Positions 43,586 to 51,012 of a stretch of 64,000 bases of DNA are shown piece after piece. The DNA comes from Nitrospirales bacterium. GTDB taxonomy: Bacteria; Nitrospirota; Nitrospiria; Nitrospirales; UBA8639. Position 1 is the stretch's first letter. Each line of letters begins with the position of its first letter. Where the stretch lies: contig OY820905.2 of the NCBI GenBank assembly GCA_963555755.3, positions 2,944,001 to 3,008,000 of the forward strand, written 5' to 3'. The notes under the pieces were generated by a model. That model had not been told where the DNA came from and did no database searches. It was given only the letters and a program-made list of their open reading frames with translations. A program made the translations under genes and the position numbers.

Positions 43586-44455
43586 ATGAATGATCCCGAC
43601 AATCAGCCCCATGTTGTGGAAGACCTGGTGGAACCGGTCAACCGGTATGTCCATAACCCCATTGCGGCAGCGATCGTAAAGTTTTTAAAAGGAACCCCGA
43701 TCACCCCCAACCAGGTAACCTACGCCTCAATTTTTATCGGATTGTTTTCGGCCTATCGATTCAGTCTGGGAACAGGACTTTCCATGGTTCAGGGGGGCCT
43801 CTTGCTGGAGGGAGTCTTGATTCTGGATTGCGTGGACGGTCAGTTGGCACGGGCCAAGGGGTGTTCCAGCGATTGGGGTCGTCTCCTCGACGGAATTGCC
43901 GGGTACATCATTTATCTGGCCGTCCTGTTGGGAATCATGGTGGGCTTGAAAAATCATTATGTGGCCCTGTCGGTCATCGGTGCCGTTACCATTCTCAAAG
44001 CCATATCTTACGACTATTGCAAGCTCAGCATGAACACCCTGATTCAAAAGGGATATGACGGAAGCCAAAAAGAGATTTACGACACGTATCAGAAGATCAG
44101 GGAAAATTCCTCGTTCACTCTTAAGTTATATTTTTATTACCTGCAGGTTCAGCAAACCCTGTTTGGCGGGCGGTGGTTTACATTGGACCGCTTCGGGGAA
44201 AAAACAGAAAAACCCCCCGATGAACACCTATTGAATCAGGAGCAGCGCGAACAATACCGGAATAATGCCCGAACCCTGATGGCCGTCTGGAGTTGGAACG
44301 GCGTTGATTTTCCTCTTTTCCTGCTGGCCGGATCGGCCATTTTTGGGATTCTTGAACCCTGCCTAGTGCCCCTGGCTTTTATTCTGACAGGTCAATACAT
44401 TCTCACCATGCTCTATCATGCGCTAAAAAATACAAGTTTTCATGCAGGGAGTTAA
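43586..44455 (+). CDS. CDP-alcohol phosphatidyltransferase
   Basis: ITPNQVT and the D..DG..AR...S..G..LD signature. Confidence 0.9.
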   Translation: MNDPDNQPHVVEDLVEPVNRYVHNPIAAAIVKFLKGTPITPNQVTYASIFIGLFSAYRFSLGTGLSMVQGGLLLEGVLILDCVDGQLARAKGCSSDWGRLLDGIAGYIIYLAVLLGIMVGLKNHYVALSVIGAVTILKAISYDYCKLSMNTLIQKGYDGSQKEIYDTYQKIRENSSFTLKLYFYYLQVQQTLFGGRWFTLDRFGEKTEKPPDEHLLNQEQREQYRNNARTLMAVWSWNGVDFPLFLLAGSAIFGILEPCLVPLAFILTGQYILTMLYHALKNTSFHAGS

Positions 44456-44618
44456 ATTAATTCGGTTTTTATCATCGATGGGTAATCTGAAGTCCGCCCG
44501 CCTGCTTCCATTCTGAATGCCTGTGACCTGCCCAACACTAGATTTGACAATACATCAATGAACCGAATAAATTAGTATACGGGAAAATCAGCTTTTTTAT
44601 TTTGCGCAGGGTAAACAA

Positions 44619-44753
44619 ATGACTGGAAAAGTCATCTTTGTACTTGTGATCGGCCTCATGGCCATCGTGGTCAGTGTTTTGGCGTGTACGGGCTGGATTT
44701 ATGGATTTGCCTGGTGGCGCCGCAGAGAATACTTTAACGATACTTCCTCATAA
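44619..44753 (+). CDS. Putative 44-aa single-pass membrane protein
   Basis: MTGKVIFVLVIGLMAIVVSVLACTGWIYGFAWWRRREYFNDTSS; TTGACA at 44544 upstream. Confidence 0.5.
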   Translation: MTGKVIFVLVIGLMAIVVSVLACTGWIYGFAWWRRREYFNDTSS

Positions 44754-45118
44754 CCTCATTTCTCTCCCCTCTTTGCATCTCTAAAGTCCAACAGTCAAAA
44801 CTTAGAATGTCGGCTGGCCTGTATTAAACGGCGGTAGAAGTCATAGCTCCTAAACACGGTTTAACTTCTTTGCCGTTTTCCCCTTAACCATTCTTTTGCA
44901 TTGAAGACAGGGGAAGTAAGGCAAGGCAGTCAACGATTTAAAAATCCCCCCATTGGGGGACCACCTTTGGACTTCCAGGAAAGGACCCACTTCCAGCTCT
45001 GAATCTATCAAGATCACATTCTATAACACTTGAAAATAGCGATTCCCCTTTGTTGAAGAGGATATTATGGCACTATTTCGCCCTTAATCATTCTTAGTCT
45101 AATCCTGATCGGTAGAGA

Positions 45119-45163
45119 TTTCAGAACCGGGCGTTAGGGGTTCAAGTCCCTCCGGACGCGCCA
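45119..45163 (+). repeat. tRNA-Arg 3'-half remnant 3 (degenerate)
   Basis: TTTCAGAACCGGGCGTTAGGGGTTCAAGTCCCTCCGGACGCGCCA followed by GTTTTTCTTTCCAAATCGA, as after the intact tRNA. Confidence 0.85.
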
Positions 45164-45298
45164 GTTTTTCTTTCCAAATCGAAATTCCAATAAAAAAGTT
45201 TAGTCTGCCATCATTTTTGGAACAGGCGGCATGAAAAAAATCCCACCAATCTGAATGTGGTGCCCCAAATCTGACCCTATACACATTATTAAATAGGA

Positions 45299-45481
45299 TT
45301 GTCCCCTTTAAAAGTAAAAAACTTCTTGACCTGTAATAAGTGCGGCGCTGAGGGCGTGCCGATTGGCAAGACCAAGAACGGCATGCAAACAACTTTTTGT
45401 TCATCCTGCAAAACCCGCGTCTTTTTCTCTGAACAAGCCTTTCTCATGGCCGAAAAGCGGTGTTTGATCTATACCCAATAA
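45299..45481 (+). CDS. Possible small Zn-ribbon protein
   Basis: CNKC...CSSC in a 60-aa ORF with a TTG start; weak support. Confidence 0.35.
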   Translation: MSPLKVKNFLTCNKCGAEGVPIGKTKNGMQTTFCSSCKTRVFFSEQAFLMAEKRCLIYTQ

Positions 45482-45543
45482 TATTAGTAGTGTGAATATC
45501 ACTTAATTTGGTGAGGGCCTTTCGGCTAGCCCCACAAATTTTC

Positions 45544-45732
45544 CTATCGCCCTGATTTGTTCTTTGTTGGATCCACCAGAGTATAAGTGGAGCCTGGTGT
45601 TGGCGTAGGAGGGAGAGGTTCCCCTTTTACAGAAGTGACCTCATGCCCGTGGCCACCTCTTGGACCAATTTGTTGATATTGTCCCGACTTTGGGGCTGTT
45701 TGCCCTGGCTTTAGTCCACGTAATTTTCCCAT
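45544..45732 (-). CDS. YjzC-like small protein
   Basis: KPGQ.AP.SG.Y..IGPRGG...EVT...GEPLPPT pattern; RBS AAGGAG. Confidence 0.8.
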   Translation of the reverse strand: MGKLRGLKPGQTAPKSGQYQQIGPRGGHGHEVTSVKGEPLPPTPTPGSTYTLVDPTKNKSGR

Positions 45733-45799
45733 TTTTCATCTCCTTTCAGATAGATAATTTAACCATGTTTTGCCAGAAAGCCTGCAGTTGAGCCAATAA

Positions 45800-46255
45800 T
45801 TAGGCTGCACCTTCGATCTCTTCAATATCCTGCGTGAAATCAAATACAATCCTAATGGGTTCCCCCTCGTTTTTGTTTTGGTTGTAGCTGTTTAGATCTG
45901 ACTTCAACTGTCCGCAGTCTCCTACTATTTGCTGCCTCCTTTGCTGAAAGGCAATTTTCATATGTTGTGGTGAAGCTGTGCGAATATCAGCCCAAAATGT
46001 TGTCTGCTTGCCTTGGCTCAAAATCCTAGCAGCGTGTTTGGCTCGCACAGTTCTTCCTTGGGGATCAACTATGTAATCTTCACGCATGGCTTTGGAAATT
46101 TGATCAGCGCATTGGTTAATGACTGTGCTCGGATGAGGCTCCCAAAGATCGTTCCGTATAGCCCATGCTGCTATGGCACGACTCGTTGCGGGCCAGGGCT
46201 GCTTGGCCTTAACGTATTTAGAAACAATTTCTTGCATTTGTTTTGTGTAAGTCAT
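45800..46255 (-). CDS. Hypothetical protein (151 aa)
   Basis: RBS GGAGG; 15 bp downstream of the HigA-like gene and co-oriented with it. No family recognised. Confidence 0.8.
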   Translation of the reverse strand: MTYTKQMQEIVSKYVKAKQPWPATSRAIAAWAIRNDLWEPHPSTVINQCADQISKAMREDYIVDPQGRTVRAKHAARILSQGKQTTFWADIRTASPQHMKIAFQQRRQQIVGDCGQLKSDLNSYNQNKNEGEPIRIVFDFTQDIEEIEGAA

Positions 46256-46270
46256 AACTATTTAGCCTCC

Positions 46271-47413
46271 CTAAAGACCTGATGGGACAGTACCCCATCC
46301 ATCCGTCAAAGCCGCAGATGTGATGATCTCTTTTATTTTTACCAACAAAGGCCTATTTTGAGACCAAAGAATTTCTTTTCTGTGCTGAAGTTGACCTACC
46401 GCAATGCCAGGATGGATATTATTGTTATTGGCAAACCTTGTGATATTTATTTTGGAATACAGGGGGCTTACCCTGGTTATAAAATTCTCCAATTTGTCTT
46501 GAGGGATTAAGTTTCCTACAGCAAACTTATCCGCCGCCTTCTCTGCAGGCGGCTTATCCGCTAGTGCCGCTGCATCCTTCCCTATCAGATCCGTGTCTAA
46601 TGTCTCGTAGCTATTGTTCAATCCATCACGATTCTTTATGTGCCCTAATTCATGAAAGAGTGTATGCCAAAACGAATCAATTCGATCGTACCTAAGTGAT
46701 AGGACGATAACGGGAGAATGAGGGTTAAGCCAAAAACATGCTCCATCAATTCGTGTTTTGGGAATGGCCTCAACCGTCAAAAATCGAATACCACATTCAG
46801 CAAGGATTTGTGGAACGAGTCTAATCTCTTGTGGTGCATGAAGAAGTTGTTGGAGCTTAAAAATAGCCAATTTAAAGTTGGCCTCATTAAATTTGTTTGC
46901 AGTAACCGCCTTAGATAGGTGTCTTGCACGATATAGCCAAGCTAGTTGAGATGGTGTAGGCTTTTTATATGCCAAGGAGGTTCTTGCAGCGAATGCCCAA
47001 AACCGTATCTCTTGGTCAAGAGTTTTTATTTCTAAGAAGTCCATGACCCTGCTTTCTAAGACCTCAATATTTGTTGACGATTCAATCCAGCCACGCCGAA
47101 TCATTTCCTTCACAGGAGCCTTTTCATATAGTTTGGCCCGTCGAGTCACCGACTCATCAGACTTCTTTATCCTTGACAACTGAAACGCGTTTTCTAGATT
47201 CAACCAAAGTTCTGGTGAGGTGCCGAAAGCGTCAGCCAACCCTTTTGCAGTTTCAGGAGTAACTGATCGCTTCCCAGAAATAATTTCGTTGATGCGGTTG
47301 AGAGGACGACCAAGGATGTCGGCTAAATCGCCTTGGGTCCATCCTCTTTCCTCAAGTTCTTCCCGTATAAATTCTCCCGGAGGGAAAACCTCTACTGAAG
47401 TCCGATTAGACAT
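46271..47413 (-). CDS. HigA-like XRE HTH antitoxin fused to an ImmA/IrrE-type Zn metallopeptidase domain
   Basis: N-terminal PGEFIREELEERGWTQ.DLA...NEIISGKR..T...W.NL; C-terminal IDGA, FWHTLFHELGH (HExxH), E..AD.FA. Confidence 0.9.
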   Translation of the reverse strand: MSNRTSVEVFPPGEFIREELEERGWTQGDLADILGRPLNRINEIISGKRSVTPETAKGLADAFGTSPELWLNLENAFQLSRIKKSDESVTRRAKLYEKAPVKEMIRRGWIESSTNIEVLESRVMDFLEIKTLDQEIRFWAFAARTSLAYKKPTPSQLAWLYRARHLSKAVTANKFNEANFKLAIFKLQQLLHAPQEIRLVPQILAECGIRFLTVEAIPKTRIDGACFWLNPHSPVIVLSLRYDRIDSFWHTLFHELGHIKNRDGLNNSYETLDTDLIGKDAAALADKPPAEKAADKFAVGNLIPQDKLENFITRVSPLYSKINITRFANNNNIHPGIAVGQLQHRKEILWSQNRPLLVKIKEIITSAALTDGWGTVPSGL

Positions 47414-47427
47414 TGTTATCCTCCGAT

Positions 47428-47724
47428 TTAGTGATAATCTTCAATTGATACTATAATGACAGTCTTTGTGTTTCTTTCCTTTTTGAATTCAAGAATCAAC
47501 CTATATTGGTCATTTAAGCGCATAGAATATTGTGACTTTCTTGCTCCCTTTAACTTTTCGAAATGCAGTGACTTCATTTGGCGAAAATCCCTTTCGTCAA
47601 CAGCATTACGAATAAATTGCATTCGTTTCCAAAATACTCTAACCGCCGCTTGCGGCAATGTTGTAGGGGCCCGTGGATCCGTTTCGAGCCTATCCATGGC
47701 ATCGTCCTGAAATTCAACCTCCAT
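47428..47724 (-). CDS. HigB/RelE-family toxin (plasmid maintenance killer-like)
   Basis: 98 aa; LHFEKLKG, YSMRLNDQYRL, C-terminal EDYH; toxin-first order upstream of the HigA-like gene. Confidence 0.9.
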   Translation of the reverse strand: MEVEFQDDAMDRLETDPRAPTTLPQAAVRVFWKRMQFIRNAVDERDFRQMKSLHFEKLKGARKSQYSMRLNDQYRLILEFKKERNTKTVIIVSIEDYH

Positions 47725-47770
47725 ATTTCTAAATACTACTCCTGTTTTAATTGTATGTCAATATATAATT

Positions 47771-47785
47771 TTACACTAAATGTAA
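47771..47785. promoter_or_regulatory. Possible antitoxin operator
   Basis: Palindrome TTACA-N5-TGTAA in the AT-rich region upstream of the toxin gene. Confidence 0.35.
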
Positions 47786-47901
47786 TACTGTAAATTTTAA
47801 ATTATAGTAATCCGCAACTCTAAATGGACGTCATAAACAAACACTGACCAAAACAACGATCACGGATTGTCACTATGCAGTTTGGCGGGGGGGGGGGGGG
47901 G

Positions 47902-50479
47902 CAATGGCATTCGGTTTGGTTCGAACGAACAATCTGCCTTCTCTGTTATCAGCGGAACTGGTTGATTGATCAGGGCTTCTGAACCGAAGTCGCCCTGGTG
48001 TCCTTTTTCGCTTGACTTCTTTTCCGTCTTCTGAGAGACTATCCTCGATGAAGACTGTGGACACCTTACCCAAGACGACCTTTAGCGGGCGGCGGTTCAC
48101 CCGCAAGCAGTTGGCGCAGGTCCAAGAAACCGTCCAGCTGTTCCCCCACCTGAGTCGGAAGGAATTGGCCCTCACCGTCTGTGAGCATCTCAGCTGGACC
48201 ACGCCGACGGGCCACAACAAGATTCATTCCTGTTTGACCTTGCTGACCGAGCTGGAAGCGCACGGGATCGTGACTCTGCCGGCCACGCGCCACAAGCGCG
48301 CGCCGGGACACCCCATCCCTGCGTTTCACGAGCCGCCCCCCACCGAGCCACTCACCGACACCCTCGCCGCCGTGGCCCCAATTACCCTGCACCGGGTGGT
48401 CTCGAAAGAGGAACGCGAGAGCTGGAAAGCCTACCTGCAGACCTATCATTATTTGGGCTATAAACACCCGATCGGGGCCCAGCTGGGCTATCTGGTGAGA
48501 TCGGCCGCCCAGCCGTACCCGCTGGGCTGTCTGCTGTTTTCGGCCTCGGCCGCCTGGGCGCTGGCCCCCAGAGATCACTGGATTGGCTGGGACGTGACGC
48601 ACCGGAGGAAGCTCCTGCCATTGGTGTTGCGCAATGATCGGTTTTTGATCTTTCCGTGGATTGACGTGCCGAATCTCGCCAGCCATGTGCTGGCGCGGGC
48701 CACCAAGCAGATCGGGGACGACTGGGTTGAAGTCTACGGTTATCGCCCGGTGCTGATTGAAACGTTCATCGATCCCTCCCGGTTTGCCGGGACCTGTTAT
48801 CGAGCGGCCAATTGGCACTTCGTGGGCTACACCGAGGGGCGCGGGCGGTTTGGCTCAACGTCGGACCGTCCACCCACGACAAAAGAGATTTTTCTCTATC
48901 CGCTCCAACCCGACTGGCGCGCGTGCCTGACTGCCGGGCATCGAGCCGTCACGGTGAAGACACGCTATCGCAACGACGTGCGAGCCAGTCGCACACGGTC
49001 CGTCGGGGAAGGGTTTGTCGCCTGGTGGAAACAGGTGGTCCACATCCTCCACGACGTGGCGGCCCAGTACGATGACCAGTGGCGCGTCCGGAAACGGGTG
49101 ATCGATTCCCTGATCCTGATGCTGTTGATCTTTCGGTTGGTGTCGTCAACCAACTCCCAAAGTTACGGCACCACCATTGATGACTTGTGGGACAGTTGCG
49201 ACAACCTGGCGCTCGCGCTCCCGCAACCCCACAGCATCGCGCCGGCGTCCTTTTGTGTCGCACGTCGCAAACTGGACGAAGCCATTTTCCAGTCCGTCAA
49301 CCGGAACATTCTGGACGCCTATGCCCCACACGACTCCAACGACACCTGGTTGGGCCATCGGGTGTTTGCCGTCGATGGCTCCAAGCTTACACTGCCCCGC
49401 GCGTTGCGGGCGTGTGGCTACCCCTTGCCCTCTGACAATGCACACTATCCTCAAGGGTTGCTGAGTTGCCTCTACCACCTCACGTCGCAAGTGCCCTGGG
49501 ATTTCGACCTCGTCGCGCATGGCAACGAGCGACGGTGCGCCCTGCGGCACCTGGCTGTGCTGAAGCCCAACGATGTCGTGGTGTACGATCGAGGCTATTT
49601 CTCCTACGTCCTGCTGCATCAGCACTGGACCGCCGGGATCCACGCCGTGTTTCGTCTCCAAGACAGCGGGTTCAAGGAGATTCAAGAGTTTTTTGCCGGC
49701 CCGGACACCGACACCACGGTCACCCTCTTCCCCGCCGCACGCACGCAACGAGACATCCGGGCGGTCTATCCTGATCTCGCCATCATCCCGTTGAGCCTGC
49801 GGCTTCTGAAATATGAGATGGCCGGCAGCCGATTTTGCTTGGGCACCACCCTGGTCGGCCCCCAGCAGCGGTATCCGCTCCAGGAGTTCATGGATCTCTA
49901 CCATGCCCGTTGGGGCATCGAGGAACTCTACAAGGTGAGCAAGCGCCTGTTCCTCATCGAGGAGTTTCATGCCAAAACCGAGCGCGGCGTCAAACAAGAG
50001 CTCTTCGCGCATTTCGTCCTGATCACCATGAACCGGCTGTTCGCCAATCGGGCGGACCACGCACTCAATCCCGAAGCCCCCGCAGCTGAGCCCATGGCCC
50101 CTCCCGGATCGTCCATAGTTGGAACCGGCACCGGGGCGAGGCGGACATTCAAGACCAACTTCAAACATTGCCTTCACGTGTTTGCGCGAAGCTTCGAAGA
50201 TCTGCTCGTGCTCCATGCTCGGATGCAGACCGCCGTCCAACGGGCCTTCGAGTCCATTGTGAGTCACTACCAACGGGTGAGGCCGGGCCGATCCTATCCT
50301 CGAACATCCATGAAACCGGAGTCCACGTGGCATCCACCCAAAAAGAACAGCCAGTCCAAGAACCCCACAGGGTCGATGGCCTCTATCTGAAAGTCCCTTA
50401 AGCACATGGAATCCGTTTCTTAAACGAATGAGCCAAATCCTTAAACGAATGCCGCCCATTCCTTAAACGAATGCCATTG
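47902..50479 (+). mobile_element. IS4-like element with DUF4338-transposase fusion, flanked by poly-G
   Basis: TIR CAATGGCATTCG (47902-47913 / 50468-50479); G15 on the left and G16 on the right; three CTTAAACGAATG repeats inside the right end. Confidence 0.88.
48048..50390 (+). CDS. DUF4338(DruA-like)-IS4 DDE transposase fusion
   Basis: N-terminal YHYLG, RFLI.PW..VPNLAS, ETF.D...F.GTCYRAANW; C-terminal AVDGS, YDRGY, YHARWGIEE.YK. Confidence 0.9.
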   Translation: MKTVDTLPKTTFSGRRFTRKQLAQVQETVQLFPHLSRKELALTVCEHLSWTTPTGHNKIHSCLTLLTELEAHGIVTLPATRHKRAPGHPIPAFHEPPPTEPLTDTLAAVAPITLHRVVSKEERESWKAYLQTYHYLGYKHPIGAQLGYLVRSAAQPYPLGCLLFSASAAWALAPRDHWIGWDVTHRRKLLPLVLRNDRFLIFPWIDVPNLASHVLARATKQIGDDWVEVYGYRPVLIETFIDPSRFAGTCYRAANWHFVGYTEGRGRFGSTSDRPPTTKEIFLYPLQPDWRACLTAGHRAVTVKTRYRNDVRASRTRSVGEGFVAWWKQVVHILHDVAAQYDDQWRVRKRVIDSLILMLLIFRLVSSTNSQSYGTTIDDLWDSCDNLALALPQPHSIAPASFCVARRKLDEAIFQSVNRNILDAYAPHDSNDTWLGHRVFAVDGSKLTLPRALRACGYPLPSDNAHYPQGLLSCLYHLTSQVPWDFDLVAHGNERRCALRHLAVLKPNDVVVYDRGYFSYVLLHQHWTAGIHAVFRLQDSGFKEIQEFFAGPDTDTTVTLFPAARTQRDIRAVYPDLAIIPLSLRLLKYEMAGSRFCLGTTLVGPQQRYPLQEFMDLYHARWGIEELYKVSKRLFLIEEFHAKTERGVKQELFAHFVLITMNRLFANRADHALNPEAPAAEPMAPPGSSIVGTGTGARRTFKTNFKHCLHVFARSFEDLLVLHARMQTAVQRAFESIVSHYQRVRPGRSYPRTSMKPESTWHPPKKNSQSKNPTGSMASI

Positions 50480-50728
50480 GGGGGGGGGGGGGGGGTAAAA
50501 TTCATTCGACGCTGAGAACAACAGATGTGGGCTAGAAAAGGATTGCTGCCCTGAATGAAGATTTCCAAGTACTTGACTAAGCCGCTGGTTTACTCCCGGT
50601 TTTACTCCCGATTCTGAATCTACTTCAATCGCAATCCATAACACTTCGACCAAGAAAATCCCTGGTTTTAAAAGTGCTTAGTAGTCATAATGACAATCAA
50701 TCGTCCTTAGTCTCAATGTCTGTAGTTG

Positions 50729-50776
50729 GGTCTTCGGAACCAAGGGTTGGGAGTTCGAGTCTCTCCATGCGCGCCA
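50729..50776 (+). repeat. tRNA-Arg 3'-half remnant 4 (distal island boundary)
   Basis: GGTCTTCGGAACCAAGGGTTGGGAGTTCGAGTCTCTCCATGCGCGCCA followed by GTTTTTCTTTCCAAATCGA. Confidence 0.9.
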
Positions 50777-51012
50777 GTTTTTCTTTCCAAATCGAAATTC
50801 CAATTAAAGAGTTTGTTCTGACATCATTCTGGGAACAGACGGCATGACCAAATCACACCAATTTGAACCTAGAAACAGTAGTTGAATGTGGTACTCCAAG
50901 ACCTGCTCGGATTTCCCACTACAAGCAACCTCCCAAGTGAATTCACCGCAGCTGTTTCACGACTTCCTTACCACTTGATTAACCGATAGTTTTAAGTCAG
51001 TCTCTTGTCGCT

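Larger units (their letters stand above)
17403..50905. mobile_element. Composite tRNA-Arg-anchored genomic island (four tandem modules)
   Basis: Starts right after the tRNA and contains four direct copies of the tRNA 3' half, many IS elements and compositionally heterogeneous cargo. Ordinary genes resume after the last copy. Confidence 0.85.

Noticed and set aside
37206..50390. Complete Druantia defence system
   Set aside because: Only DUF4338 domains fused to transposases are present; there is no DruE-like helicase or other Dru gene.
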